In this document: positions 19,014 to 29,626 of the stretch, in pieces
How positions within the stretch are numbered: position 1 is the stretch's first letter
Layout of the letters: each line of letters opens with the position of its first letter
Source: a candidate division WOR-3 bacterium
GTDB lineage: Bacteria > Hydrothermota > UBA3072
Assembly (NCBI GenBank): GCA_039804165.1
Contig: JBDRZZ010000005.1
Coordinates: forward strand, 27,290 to 91,289
Direction: 5' to 3'
Length of the DNA: 64,000 nucleotides
The notes under the pieces: model-generated
Told to the model about the DNA's origin: nothing
What the model saw: only the letters and a program-made list of their open reading frames with translations
Database searches by the model: none
Translations under genes and position numbers: made by a program

Positions 19014-19725
19014 CAAGGACAAGCCCATATACCTTTTTGAAACCTACTTCTTTTAATTTCTTAGCACATTCATTTAAAGTGCTTCCTGTTGTTAAAACGT
19101 CATCTATTATGATGATGCTTTTTCCTTTTTCTAATTTTAATTTTTTTAATTCTTTTTCCTTTATTTTATAAGCTTCTTTTACATTATTTATTCTTTTTTC
19201 TTCTGGTAGTTTTGTTTGAGAGGGTATGTTAGAAGCCTTATATAATAATTCTACACATTTTAAGGAAGAAATCTTTGCAAATTCCTTTGCAAGAAGCTCA
19301 CTTTGATTGTATCCCCTTTCTCTTGTTTCTGCTCTTCTCATTGGCACCCAGGTTAGATAATCTATTTTCCCTAAGTGAGAATGAGCGAGATAAGAGGAGT
19401 ATAGTTTTCTTGCAAGTTTGGAAGAAAGGACCGGTCTATTTTTGTATTTATAAATTTTTATTATTTCCGAAAAAGGAAAAACATAATTTCCTGAGCTAAT
19501 TAAAAAATCGAAAGATGGTCTTTCTCTTCTACAAAATTTACATGTTTTTCCGTTTTTTATAGGTCTTCCACAAAATTTGCATTTCTTTGATGAAATGAAA
19601 TAAACTTTATCGAAGCATCTTTGACAAATAACCTCTCTTTTTTTTAATTCATTATTGCATATCATACATAAAGGTGGGAATATAAAATTTTCTAAATCTT
19701 TGAATATTTTAAACAACTGAATCAC
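19000..19725 (-). CDS. comF: ComF-family protein (phosphoribosyltransferase-like, competence protein F)
   Basis: N-terminal Cys4 zinc-finger-like motif (CMICN...CQRCF...CKFCGR...CKFC) and a C-terminal PRTase motif IIIDDVLTTGSTL. Confidence 0.7.
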   Translation of the reverse strand: MIQLFKIFKDLENFIFPPLCMICNNELKKREVICQRCFDKVYFISSKKCKFCGRPIKNGKTCKFCRRERPSFDFLISSGNYVFPFSEIIKIYKYKNRPVLSSKLARKLYSSYLAHSHLGKIDYLTWVPMRRAETRERGYNQSELLAKEFAKISSLKCVELLYKASNIPSQTKLPEEKRINNVKEAYKIKEKELKKLKLEKGKSIIIIDDVLTTGSTLNECAKKLKEVGFKKVYGLVLAISP

Positions 19726-20902
19726 TTTTAACCAAGGTTAAAAGAGAAATAGAAATGGTTGAAATTAAAAGAGAACTTCCACCATAGCTTAAAAAAGGAA
19801 GGGGTAAACCCACAACTGGTAAAAGTCCCACAGTCATTGCAATATTTATTATTACTTGGGATGAAAAATAGAAGAAAATTCCATAAGCAAGGTATTTGCT
19901 AAATGGCTTTTCAGCTTGTTGGGCGATGTAAAGAATACGGAGGAGAAACAAAGTAAATATTATAATTACAGCAAAAGTGCCTATAAATCCAAATTCTTCT
20001 CCTAAAACAGAAAAAATGAAGTCTGTTCTTGTTTGGGGGAGAAATCCAAGATTTTTAATTACTCCGTTTAAATATCCTTTTCCCCAAAGACCTCCAGAAC
20101 CTATGGAGATTTTTGATTGAAGTAGTTGCCACCCTGCACCGGTGGGATCCTTAGAGGGATTTAAAAAATTGAGAAGTCTTGCTTTTTGATATGGTTTTAG
20201 AAATTTTGTGATAACAGGTGCAGATGCACCTACTCCTGTATTAAAAAGAAAAATCAAAATAGAAGACTTTAAATCTAATTTTGCCAATAATATTGTTGTA
20301 ATAAGTAGGATCATAAATAGAATCCAAGAAATTAGATGGAATCCGCACAAAATGGAAATTAGAGGCGAAAGGAGTAGGATATAAAGAGGGATGGTTATAT
20401 TTATAGTCCATATTAAGCCTAAAAATGTGAAGAGAAAAATGGCTGATGTGCCGATATCTGGTTCTATAAAAACAAGAAATGTTGGGATACCAGCAACTAT
20501 AATGGGTAATCTTAGATCTTTAATATTTACTTTTTTATCTTCAAACTCTGAAAGTATTTTTGCGATAAAGATTATGAAGAAAATTTTCATCAACTCGGAA
20601 GGTTGAAATTGAAAACCTCTCATTCTTATCCACCTTCCATCACTATTTGGCAGAAAAATTACAATAATTAAGAGAAATAAGCCTATTAAATATAAGAATA
20701 AAGAAATTTCTTTTAACCTGTGTAAGGATAAAAAGAGAAGGAGTGGGCTTAACAATAAAGAGATTCCAACCCAAATTAAATGGTTTTTAAAGAAAATAGG
20801 ATTTTTTGGATAATTTGCTGTATATTGGAGTAAAATTCCAATACTTACCAGTAATAAAAAAAGAATTAGTAAATTTTTATCAAACTTTATCTCTTTAAAC
20901 AT
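19709..20902 (-). CDS. SEDS-family peptidoglycan glycosyltransferase (RodA/FtsW)
   Basis: Ten-TM protein with the SEDS motif region (QPSELMKIFFIIFIAKIL). 397 aa. Confidence 0.8.
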   Translation of the reverse strand: MFKEIKFDKNLLILFLLLVSIGILLQYTANYPKNPIFFKNHLIWVGISLLLSPLLLFLSLHRLKEISLFLYLIGLFLLIIVIFLPNSDGRWIRMRGFQFQPSELMKIFFIIFIAKILSEFEDKKVNIKDLRLPIIVAGIPTFLVFIEPDIGTSAIFLFTFLGLIWTINITIPLYILLLSPLISILCGFHLISWILFMILLITTILLAKLDLKSSILIFLFNTGVGASAPVITKFLKPYQKARLLNFLNPSKDPTGAGWQLLQSKISIGSGGLWGKGYLNGVIKNLGFLPQTRTDFIFSVLGEEFGFIGTFAVIIIFTLFLLRILYIAQQAEKPFSKYLAYGIFFYFSSQVIINIAMTVGLLPVVGLPLPFLSYGGSSLLISTISISLLTLVKSDSVV

Positions 20903-22403
20903 TTTCCCATCCTTTTAATATAATTTTCTCAGGATAAATTTCTAAATATGCGTTTATTTTCATAGAAGCTGGAGGTATTTCTCTTATTTCTGTAATAAGA
21001 ATAGAGGCTTTTTCATTGGAAAGAAAAGAAGAATTTCCCTCGTTAAAGTAGTTTACATTCCTAATTAAGAAAATTGGAAAATAATTTCCAATTCCAAAAG
21101 GCTCCATTTTTTTTATCAATTTTTGTAAATCAGGAGTTATTTCTTCAAGTTTGAGTTCTACAGTAGGTGGCTTCTCTTTTTTATATTCTTTAAGAAGGAG
21201 TTCCATTTTTTCTTTAAATTCTTCTATATTTTCTCTTTCTAAAGTGAAGCCACAAGCCGATTTATGCCCTCCATAGTCAATCAATAAATATTCTAATTTT
21301 TTGAGAAGAGAAAGTAAGTCAGAATCGCTTGGGCCTCTACATTCACCTCTAATTGATGAACCTGTAGAGTAAATTACTACAACAGGGGCTTTACAGAAAT
21401 CCTTAGCTCTATTTGCCAGTCCACTTGCTATCTTATAATTGAGGTTTTTTCTAAATACAACTCTTTTTCCATTTTCCAATTCTTCCTTTATTGCCAAGAA
21501 TTCCTCTCGCACATTTTTATCCCAAGCTTTATAGTTAGATTTTAAGATTCCATAAATTCTATCTGCTTCTTCTATTGAATCCGCAGAGAAAAACTTAAAT
21601 ATAAGATTACTTTTTCCTGAAGAGATGGGTTTTAATTCGTTCAAAATGTCATTCTTATTTGAGAATAAAGAAAAAGGGGGTTTCTTTGCTTCTTTTAATA
21701 ATTTCAATCCTTCACAATATAAAATTCTATTCTCATCCACTAAAGGAACTTTATCTACAATTGTTCCTATAAAAGCAAGAATTGGAATCTCAGGGATTTT
21801 TTTTGTCCAAGTTTTGGCTTTTTCTCCTTTATATTCATAATAAATACAATCCGCAAATTTAAAAGCCACCCCAGCTCCGGCAAGATTCTTGTAACCAAAA
21901 GGTAAAAATTTTGGATTTAGAAAAGGAACTTTTGGTATTTTTTCTTTTAATTCGTGGTGATCTGTTATTATTACTTCCATCCCTTTACTTTTTAGATACT
22001 CTACTTCTTCAAAGCTATCTGTCCCAGAATCAACTGTTATTATTAAATCTATTCCTTGCTCTTGAGCTTTGTCAATTCCCCCTTTGGATAGACCATAGCC
22101 TTCTTTTTCTCTATTCGGAATATAATAGGAAACTTCAATATCAAATAAGTCTTTAAAAAGAAATTTCATAATTAAAGTAGAAGTTATACCGTCGATATCT
22201 TCGTCTCCCCATATAAGTATTCTTTTCCCCTTTTTTATAAATTCTTTTACCATTTCTATTTCGGGTTTTAAAATTTCATAACAAGGACGGAGGTGATCAA
22301 AGGATGGATTTATAAATCTTTCTAGTGTCTCATCATCATATACTTCTCTTTTTCTCAAGAGTTCTTTAATACCCTCTGATAAATTGTCAAATTTTATATT
22401 CAT
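20895..22403 (-). CDS. recJ: Single-stranded-DNA-specific exonuclease RecJ (DHH/DHHA1). Short form
   Basis: RILIWGDEDIDGITSTLIM...EGYGL...DLIITVDSGT...VIITDHHE DHH motifs, then a DHHA1 GGGH-like region (GGHKSACG). Confidence 0.75.
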   Translation of the reverse strand: MNIKFDNLSEGIKELLRKREVYDDETLERFINPSFDHLRPCYEILKPEIEMVKEFIKKGKRILIWGDEDIDGITSTLIMKFLFKDLFDIEVSYYIPNREKEGYGLSKGGIDKAQEQGIDLIITVDSGTDSFEEVEYLKSKGMEVIITDHHELKEKIPKVPFLNPKFLPFGYKNLAGAGVAFKFADCIYYEYKGEKAKTWTKKIPEIPILAFIGTIVDKVPLVDENRILYCEGLKLLKEAKKPPFSLFSNKNDILNELKPISSGKSNLIFKFFSADSIEEADRIYGILKSNYKAWDKNVREEFLAIKEELENGKRVVFRKNLNYKIASGLANRAKDFCKAPVVVIYSTGSSIRGECRGPSDSDLLSLLKKLEYLLIDYGGHKSACGFTLERENIEEFKEKMELLLKEYKKEKPPTVELKLEEITPDLQKLIKKMEPFGIGNYFPIFLIRNVNYFNEGNSSFLSNEKASILITEIREIPPASMKINAYLEIYPEKIILKGWENV

Positions 22404-23083
22404 TTCCTTTCAATTATTATATCATCAAATGGTTCTTTTTGAAAAACTTTTGCCTTACCCCTTTTTATTACTTCAAGAAGAGCAAAAAATAGTCCAATTT
22501 TTTCTTCCTTTTTGGTATCTTCTATAAGACTTGAGAAGAGAAATCTTTTAAACCTTTTTAGGGTATTTGTTATTTTCTCAATAAGATTATCTATATGAAA
22601 TAGAATCGTTGCAGGTGGATTAAATGAGGATTTCTTTTTTATCTCTTTTAAGAGGGAATTTAACTCCTCAATTGAAATAGGAATTTCTTTCTCTACATTT
22701 ACCAAAGGTCTTCCAAACATCGTATTTGCAATTTTTAATTTTTCCCCTAAATAAATTCCTGCTTCTTTGAATTTTTTGTATTTAGAAAGTTTCTCGATCA
22801 AGGATTCCTTTGTTTCGAAATCTTCTTCAGATTCTTCTCTTTTCTCTTCATAAGAGAGTTCTTTTGCTTTTATCGAGAGAAGAGTAGCAGCATATCTTAT
22901 AAAATCTCCAGCACCATCAAAGTCTATTTTTTGAAGATCTTTTACAAAGAGTAAGTATTCCCTTGTTATACGGGAAAGAGAAATATCTCGAATGGAGACT
23001 TCTTGCTTTTTTACAAGATAAAGTAATAAGTCAAGGGGACCTTCAAATTCTTCGCAAAAAACCTGATAACTTTCAGTGATCAT
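22400..23083 (-). CDS. scpA: Segregation and condensation protein A
   Basis: FEGPLDLLLYLVKKQEVSIRDISLSRITREYL is the canonical ScpA N-terminus. No scpB is adjacent. Confidence 0.8.
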   Translation of the reverse strand: MITESYQVFCEEFEGPLDLLLYLVKKQEVSIRDISLSRITREYLLFVKDLQKIDFDGAGDFIRYAATLLSIKAKELSYEEKREESEEDFETKESLIEKLSKYKKFKEAGIYLGEKLKIANTMFGRPLVNVEKEIPISIEELNSLLKEIKKKSSFNPPATILFHIDNLIEKITNTLKRFKRFLFSSLIEDTKKEEKIGLFFALLEVIKRGKAKVFQKEPFDDIIIERK

Positions 23084-24681
23084 AATTGACCCAATATTAC
23101 TTTTGCAATATTATAAATATGATAATTTATTCTATCAAAATCATTCAATAAATCAAGATGTAGAGCACTTGTATCTATGCTTTCTTTTTTTCCTTCTTTT
23201 AGACGGTTTATGTGACTTTCTTTATAATTCTTTAAGAGTTCTTGAGTCTTTTCTTGTGAAAGAAGGAGCTTTTTTGCTATATTTTTGTCCATCTTAGAGA
23301 GTGCGTTTTCTACCTCTTTTATATTTAAAAGAGTCATTTTATAGCACTCTTTTATTTCTTTAAATCCCTCTTTTGAAAAATAGTAAGCCCATTTTATTTT
23401 CTTTTCTGCGCTTCTCATAATACTTTTACTAATTAGGTCTCCTATATGCTCAATCTCATTTTGTATTTTGAGAATTGTTACGCATTTATTACTTTCTTTA
23501 ACTGATAGTTCTTCTCCAAGGAGTTTGGAGGTGTAGGCGATTAGTTCTTCTTGATTTTTGTCAATTATGTTGTCTTTAGAAATTATAAGTCTTCTCAATG
23601 GATCGTTATTTTTTTCTAAAACTTCTAATGATTCTTCGAGCATACTTCTTGTTATCTCAATGGATTCCTTAAGAACCTCATAGGATTTTGAGATTGCCAC
23701 TGGAGAAGAGGAGAGGTAAAGAGGATCAAGTTTTAGCTTGGATTTCTCTTCCCCAAAAATCTTCTTTAAAAAAGCTCCAAGAGGGAAACATAGAGGGATT
23801 AGAAATATTCCCCAAGAATTTACAAGTGTATGGAAATTGGCAATTTCTCTTCCAGTAGGAATTAAGTTTTTGGGAAAGAAAAGCATATAGGAGGATAGAA
23901 GCACAAAGAGAAGTTTTAGAAAGAAGTAGCCTACCCCCATTGCCTTTCCGGAAGAAGAAGAAAATCTTGTAGAGCTAAGCAGGATTGAGAAAGTTGTTCC
24001 GATATTTATTCCAAGAATTATAGGTATAACTTTTGATAAGTCTAAGATTCCTGCAAAAGCAATGAGTAATCCAAGAGCTCCTGCACTTGAATATAGCAAA
24101 AAGGTGAGGAATGCAGAAAAAGAGAAAAGCAAAACAGGGTTGATTTTTACAGCAAATAAATCCTTAAGAGGTTGAATGTTTTCTCTTATTAACCAGATAG
24201 AAAAAAATATTAAACCAAAACCAAATAGAATTCTTCCAAGATAACTCCATTTTTTCTTAGATTGCCATAGAATGAAACCTAAAAGAACAATAAATGGGCT
24301 ATATTGAATTATTTCTGTTGCTATAATTTGGACTGTAAAAGTAGAACCAAGAGCTGCTCCTAAAAGTATAATAAGGGAAGTGGATAGTTCTATAAGAGAG
24401 GATTCAAGTAAGCTAAGTAACATTACACCTGTTAGGGTACTAGATTCAAATAAAATTGCAAGAATTATTCCTGAAGTATAAGCGAGAATTGGATTTTTTG
24501 TTGTTTTCCAGAGCATTTGTCTTATTTTTTCACCACTTAATCGGGAAAAACCTTTATTTGTATGATCAAGACCTGTTAAGATGAGAATTATTCCTATTAT
24601 TACAGATAACATAAATTTTATTAAATTTTCTCTTTGAACCTGAAATTGAGTATTAAAAAATATTGTAATCGAGAAACTCAT
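23080..24681 (-). CDS. Na+/phosphate cotransporter family protein (NptA-like) with a C-terminal PhoU-like domain
   Basis: N-terminal Na/Pi-cotransporter repeats (ILAYTSGIILAILFESSTLTGVMLLSLLESS...) and a C-terminal helical PhoU-like segment. Confidence 0.7.
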   Translation of the reverse strand: MSFSITIFFNTQFQVQRENLIKFMLSVIIGIILILTGLDHTNKGFSRLSGEKIRQMLWKTTKNPILAYTSGIILAILFESSTLTGVMLLSLLESSLIELSTSLIILLGAALGSTFTVQIIATEIIQYSPFIVLLGFILWQSKKKWSYLGRILFGFGLIFFSIWLIRENIQPLKDLFAVKINPVLLFSFSAFLTFLLYSSAGALGLLIAFAGILDLSKVIPIILGINIGTTFSILLSSTRFSSSSGKAMGVGYFFLKLLFVLLSSYMLFFPKNLIPTGREIANFHTLVNSWGIFLIPLCFPLGAFLKKIFGEEKSKLKLDPLYLSSSPVAISKSYEVLKESIEITRSMLEESLEVLEKNNDPLRRLIISKDNIIDKNQEELIAYTSKLLGEELSVKESNKCVTILKIQNEIEHIGDLISKSIMRSAEKKIKWAYYFSKEGFKEIKECYKMTLLNIKEVENALSKMDKNIAKKLLLSQEKTQELLKNYKESHINRLKEGKKESIDTSALHLDLLNDFDRINYHIYNIAKVILGQL

Positions 24682-25253
24682 CTTATTTCAAAGTATATTG
24701 TCACAATTCCTTTTTGATTTTCTTGGGGAAGAGTAGGAGAAAGAGGTTGAAATTCCCATTCTTGGACCGCTTCAATTGCGCTTTTATCAAATGAAAGACC
24801 TCCTGTCTTTATAACTTTAATGCTTTTGATTTTTCCTTCTGGTGTTACTTCTATTTCCAATTTTACTTCAGTATTTTCATTTTCATCTTTAGGATATTTC
24901 GGATTTTCAAAATGGATTAATTTCCTTTTCGAGAGTTCTCCAGAAATTCTATACCCACTACTTTTTCCCTTTTCTTCTATTTCTCCTTCTTTATAAGGAG
25001 GTTTTAGAAGAGGAGACAAACCTTTTTTAGGTTTATTTTCTATTATGGGGAGATCTCCAATGGAAGAAAAAACATCTTCTGCTCCACCTACTTCCCGATT
25101 TACTTCTCTTTCTTCTATTTCTTCTGTTTCAAAGCCAAGAGTTAAGATTTCTCCTCCTAAGGGTTTAAGTTTAAAAGTAATAACGGAGAGAAGAAGGATT
25201 AAAGTTGAATATGTTAAGATAGTTAATGTTAGAGAGGTTAATTTTGTTTTCAC
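24678..25253 (-). CDS. tonB: TonB-family energy transducer
   Basis: N-terminal TM anchor, a Pro/Glu/Lys-rich linker, and a C-terminal TonB domain (EVKLEIEVTPEGKIKSIKVIKTGGLSFDKSAIEAVQEWEFQP). Confidence 0.65.
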   Translation of the reverse strand: MKTKLTSLTLTILTYSTLILLLSVITFKLKPLGGEILTLGFETEEIEEREVNREVGGAEDVFSSIGDLPIIENKPKKGLSPLLKPPYKEGEIEEKGKSSGYRISGELSKRKLIHFENPKYPKDENENTEVKLEIEVTPEGKIKSIKVIKTGGLSFDKSAIEAVQEWEFQPLSPTLPQENQKGIVTIYFEIR

Positions 25254-25642
25254 TCTAATTTTGGGGTTGTGGCTATTACAAGTTTGCTTGCGCCACTTCT
25301 TCTGACCATTTCCATTACTTTTACAGCCATCTCTATAGGGAGTTCACGATCTGCTTTTATTAAGATTATCTTTTCTATATCATCTTTAAGCAAATATGGA
25401 AGGTTAGAAATTTGGACTGGGTTTTCTCCAAGATAAACGGCCCCACTTTTTGTTATCGTTATTATTACTTTTTCTTCACTTACAGCTTCCTTTGTAGTCG
25501 TTCTTGGAAGATGAACTTGAATTCCAGGTTGAATTATATAAGTGGAAGTAAGGAGGAAGAAAACAAGAAGCAATAAGACAATATCTGCTATAGAGATTAT
25601 GGGGAATACAGAGATTCTTTTAAATCTTGAGTTCATTTCCAT
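25250..25642 (-). CDS. exbD: ExbD/TolR biopolymer transport protein
   Basis: ISIADIVLLLLVFFLLTST TM segment plus an ExbD periplasmic domain. Confidence 0.8.
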   Translation of the reverse strand: MEMNSRFKRISVFPIISIADIVLLLLVFFLLTSTYIIQPGIQVHLPRTTTKEAVSEEKVIITITKSGAVYLGENPVQISNLPYLLKDDIEKIILIKADRELPIEMAVKVMEMVRRSGASKLVIATTPKLE

Positions 25643-25645
25643 TTG

Positions 25646-26233
25646 TTACTCCAAGAATATTGATATTTCGGAGATTGCTTTATTTATATCTCTTAGAATA
25701 GAATTCATTTTATCGGATAACCCATTATAGATTAGGATAAACAAAATTCCAACTGGTAACCCTGCTGCAGTGGTAACAAGAGCCTCCCAAATTCCTCCTG
25801 CAAGATTGGAAGGGTTCACACTTCCTCCTAAGATTTCAATTTGCATAAACGCCTTTATCATTCCTAAAACGGTTCCAAGAAAGCCGAGCATAGGAGCTAT
25901 GGATCCCATTGAAGCTATAACTCCGAGGCCATTTTCCAAATTCTTTAGCTCTTCAGATGCGGTTGCAAACATAGATTCTTTTTTCCCTGAGATAATTCCT
26001 TTTGCTATTACTCTTGTTACAGGAACATCATAATTTTTGGATTCTTTAACTGCCTCTTCTATGTTTTTCTCCTTTAGCCAAGCACAAATTTTTTTTAGCA
26101 AGTTATCGATTGAGATTTGACTTTTTTTATAGTAAAGGAATCTCTCAATAGAGAAGTAAATTCCTACAAAAAGGGTAATTCCTATGGGGATCATTGTCCA
26201 TCCGCCTTTTATTAGAATCTCCATTAAACTCAT
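25646..26233 (-). CDS. exbB: ExbB/TolQ/MotA proton-channel protein
   Basis: Three-TM MotA/TolQ/ExbB topology with the conserved C-terminal channel region (GLPVGILFILIYN). Confidence 0.8.
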   Translation of the reverse strand: MSLMEILIKGGWTMIPIGITLFVGIYFSIERFLYYKKSQISIDNLLKKICAWLKEKNIEEAVKESKNYDVPVTRVIAKGIISGKKESMFATASEELKNLENGLGVIASMGSIAPMLGFLGTVLGMIKAFMQIEILGGSVNPSNLAGGIWEALVTTAAGLPVGILFILIYNGLSDKMNSILRDINKAISEISIFLE

Positions 26234-26335
26234 TTCTCCTCCTTTTAATTTTTTATATTTTATTTAAAATCTCTTCCAAAGTCAAGTTTATTTCATTGGA
26301 GAAAAATTTTAAAAAGAAATAAGTTTATTTTGTGA

Positions 26336-27604
26336 TTACCGAGAGTACCTAATCTTTATTGAGTTCTTATGGGCAGATAGTCCCTCAATTTCTGCGAGTT
26401 TTTCAGCTATTGGTCCTATTTCTTTGAATCCTTCTTTTGTTACTCTTAATGTCGTTTGGAGTTTCAAAAAATCTTTAACACCAAGACCTCCTGTGTATTT
26501 GGAAGCAGTATTTGTGGGTAAAGTGTGATTAAGTCCACTTGAGTAATCTCCAAGAGCTTCAACAGAATATTTTCCAATAAATAAAGAGCCGTAGTTCCTA
26601 AGCTTATTTAAAACATTTTTTGGATTTTTTATGTGTAATTCTAAATGTTCCGGAGCCATTTTATTTGCAAAGATAATTCCTTCCTCCATATTTTCTAAGA
26701 GAACTATGAGCCCTTTATTTTCTATGGATACTCTTGCTATTTCTTTTGTTTGAAGATTTTCTATTTGTTTATTTATTTCCTTTATTACTTTGGATGCAAG
26801 TTCTTTAGAAGTTGTGGCAAGGATTGGGAATGCTTCCTTATCGTGTTCGGCTTGGGATAGTAAATCCATAGCTATTAGTTCTGGTTCTCCACTTTCATCT
26901 GCAATTATCATTATTTCTGTTGGTCCTGCTATGAAGTCTATCCCTACATCTCCGAAAACTTCCTTTTTTGCAGATGCTACATATTTGCTTCCTGGACCGA
27001 CTATTTTATCAACTTTTTTAATGCTTTCAGTTCCATAAGCTAAGGCTGCAATTGCTTGGATTCCTCCTATTTTGTAGATTTCTTTTATTTTGAGAAAATA
27101 AGCAGTTGCTAAAATTAAAGGGTGAATACTATTTTCAAATCTTGGAGGGGAGACTACGGCTATTTCAGATACTCCGGCTACTTGAGCAGGTATTGCACAC
27201 ATAATCAAGGTAGAAACCAAGGGGAAATTCCCACTCGGGACATAAATTCCTATTCTTTCAATCGGAATTACTCTTTGTCCTGTAAATACACCTTTTTGAA
27301 TTTCAAATTCGAAATCTTTAAATTGCTCTTTTTGCTTTTCTGAAAATTTTTTTATATTTTTAGCTGCTTTTTCTATTGCTTTTAAATCTTCTTTTTTTGC
27401 TTTTCTATAAGCATTTTCTATTTCTGATTGACTAACTTTTATTTCCTTTAGAGAGACTTTATCATATTTTTTTGTATATTTTATAAGAGCTTTATCTCCT
27501 TTTTCTTTTATTTCTTTAATTATCTTTTGAATAAACCTTTTATCTTCAATTTTTTTATATTCAAAAAAATCTTCTTTTATTTCCCTATATTTTATAATCT
27601 TCAT
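26336..27604 (-). CDS. hisD: Histidinol dehydrogenase
   Basis: KIVGPGSKYVASAKKEVFGDVGIDFIAGPTEIMIIADESG...LSQAEHD. Confidence 0.9.
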   Translation of the reverse strand: MKIIKYREIKEDFFEYKKIEDKRFIQKIIKEIKEKGDKALIKYTKKYDKVSLKEIKVSQSEIENAYRKAKKEDLKAIEKAAKNIKKFSEKQKEQFKDFEFEIQKGVFTGQRVIPIERIGIYVPSGNFPLVSTLIMCAIPAQVAGVSEIAVVSPPRFENSIHPLILATAYFLKIKEIYKIGGIQAIAALAYGTESIKKVDKIVGPGSKYVASAKKEVFGDVGIDFIAGPTEIMIIADESGEPELIAMDLLSQAEHDKEAFPILATTSKELASKVIKEINKQIENLQTKEIARVSIENKGLIVLLENMEEGIIFANKMAPEHLELHIKNPKNVLNKLRNYGSLFIGKYSVEALGDYSSGLNHTLPTNTASKYTGGLGVKDFLKLQTTLRVTKEGFKEIGPIAEKLAEIEGLSAHKNSIKIRYSR

Positions 27605-27605
27605 T

Positions 27606-28178
27606 TTATATTTCTCTTTCTTTAATAAAATTTTTTAATATATTCATCCCTACCTCAGTTAAGATTGACTCAGGATGGAATTGAATTCCTTCAATGTTAT
27701 ATTTTTTGTGTCTTATTCCCATAACTATGTTGTCTTCTGTCCATGCTGAAAGTTCAAAACAGCTTGGAAGGCTATCCCTTTCTACTATTAAAGAATGATA
27801 ACGAGTGGCAACAAAAGGATTTTCAATATTTTCAAAAATTGTTTTTCCATCATGATAAATTATAGAAGTTTTCCCATGGAGAATTTTCTCAGCTCTTTTA
27901 ACTTTTCCTCCAAAGACTTCTCCAATTACCTGATGCCCAAGGCAAACACCCAAAATAGGAATTTTTCCTTTAAAATGGAGAACGACTTCTGGGCTTATTC
28001 CTGAATCTTTTGGGGTTCCTGGGCCTGGTGAGATAATTATGGTTGTTGGGTTCATTTTCTCTATTTCCTCAATAGAAATTTTATCGTTTCTTTTTACTTT
28101 AATTTTTGCTCCTAATTCTCCCAAATATTGAGCGAGATTATAAACAAAGGAATCGTAATTGTCTATTAAGAGAATCAT
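27606..28178 (-). CDS. trpG: Anthranilate synthase component II / glutamine amidotransferase (TrpG/PabA)
   Basis: [23 protein letters not shown]...GVCLGHQ...QFHPES class-I GATase triad. Confidence 0.85.
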   Translation of the reverse strand: MILLIDNYDSFVYNLAQYLGELGAKIKVKRNDKISIEEIEKMNPTTIIISPGPGTPKDSGISPEVVLHFKGKIPILGVCLGHQVIGEVFGGKVKRAEKILHGKTSIIYHDGKTIFENIENPFVATRYHSLIVERDSLPSCFELSAWTEDNIVMGIRHKKYNIEGIQFHPESILTEVGMNILKNFIKEREI

Positions 28179-29626
28179 TGGGAAAAATCGATTGCTCTTT
28201 TTAAAGCGCTCATTTTGTTAATTGTCTCTTTATATTCGAGTTCAGGAATTGAATCTGCAACTACTCCACCTCCTGCTTGGATATATAACATTCCTTTGTA
28301 TATTACAATTGTCCTTATGGCAATACAAAGATCCATATTTCCTGCGAAACCAAAATACCCTAATGCTCCCGCATAAATTCCTCTTCTTACTGGTTCTAAT
28401 TCATCAATTATTTCCATTGCTCTTATCTTTGGTGCGCCAGAAACAGTTCCTGCCGGAAATGTTGCTGCCACAAGATCAAAAGCATCTTTATCAGAAAGGA
28501 GGTTCCCATTAACCACAGAAATAATGTGCATAACCTGAGCGTATTTTTCAATTCGCATGAATTCTGAAACCTTAACACTTCCAAATTCACAAACTCTTCC
28601 AATGTCATTTCTTGCAAGGTCAACAAGCATCACGTGTTCTGCTAATTCTTTCTCGTCATTTAATAATTCTTTTTCTAAGAGTTTGTCCTCCTCTTCTGTA
28701 TTACCCCTTCTCCTTGTTCCTGCAATTGGGTTGCTTGTCACAAGACCTCCTGGTTCAAGCTTTATTAAAGTTTCTGGAGAAGACCCAAGAATGAATAAAT
28801 CATTGAACCTGAGGTAATACATATAAGGCGAAGGGTTTGTAATCCTGAGAGCTTTGTATATATTCATTGGATCTTTTTTTATTGGAGCTTTAAATCTCTG
28901 AGAGGGAACAACCTGGAATATATCTCCTTTATAAATATATTCTTTTGCCTTTTTCACCATCTCGCAATATTCTTCTTTTGTAAAATTTCCAATAAGTTCT
29001 ATTGGTTCTCCTTCTTTTATTTTATATTCTTTTTCTTCTGCCCCTTTTATAATTTTTACCAGTTCTTCTATTCTTTTGTTTTCTTCTTCCTCATCATTTG
29101 TGCTGTAGAGTATTATGTCCACAGTATCATTTTTATGACTAAAGAGGATTATTTCCGAAGGGAACATAAAATAAGTTTCAGGAGCTTTTATCTCGTCAGG
29201 ATTTTTATCCGGTATTTCTTCAAAAAATCTAACTGTGTCATAGGAAAGATAACCCACTGCTCCTCCTGAGAAACCAGGAATGTATGGATAGTTGGTTACT
29301 ATAGAGATAAGTTCTCTAATTTTATTAAGAGGGTTTCCCTTTTCTTTATATTTTTTTCCATAAACTTCAATTTCTATGTCTTCTTTATAACTTTTTAATA
29401 TAATAAAAGGTCTTCCACCTAAAAGAGAATATTCCCCTCTTTTTTTGAGGTGAACAATTGACTCATAAATAAAACTATAAGGATCTTCTTTATAAATTCT
29501 TTCAAACACTGCCTCAGGAGAAGATTTTGCTTTTATTTTCTTATGTATAAACTTAATTTTTTTCGACAATATTGTTTTTACCACTAATCCTCCTGAGTGT
29601 CCGGATAAACTCAGGGAAGGAAACAT
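28175..29626 (-). CDS. trpE: Anthranilate synthase component I. The start codon is uncertain
   Basis: Chorismate-binding C-terminal domain ([11 protein letters not shown]...GYFGF..). The first ATG overlaps aroA by 74 nt, so the true start is probably downstream. Confidence 0.85.
   Translation of the reverse strand: MFPSLSLSGHSGGLVVKTILSKKIKFIHKKIKAKSSPEAVFERIYKEDPYSFIYESIVHLKKRGEYSLLGGRPFIILKSYKEDIEIEVYGKKYKEKGNPLNKIRELISIVTNYPYIPGFSGGAVGYLSYDTVRFFEEIPDKNPDEIKAPETYFMFPSEIILFSHKNDTVDIILYSTNDEEEENKRIEELVKIIKGAEEKEYKIKEGEPIELIGNFTKEEYCEMVKKAKEYIYKGDIFQVVPSQRFKAPIKKDPMNIYKALRITNPSPYMYYLRFNDLFILGSSPETLIKLEPGGLVTSNPIAGTRRRGNTEEEDKLLEKELLNDEKELAEHVMLVDLARNDIGRVCEFGSVKVSEFMRIEKYAQVMHIISVVNGNLLSDKDAFDLVAATFPAGTVSGAPKIRAMEIIDELEPVRRGIYAGALGYFGFAGNMDLCIAIRTIVIYKGMLYIQAGGGVVADSIPELEYKETINKMSALKRAIDFSQ

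Noticed and set aside
29553-29626. The 74-nt aroA/trpE overlap as evidence of a frameshift or pseudogene
   Set aside because: Both reading frames are intact and full length. A downstream alternative start for trpE explains it more simply.
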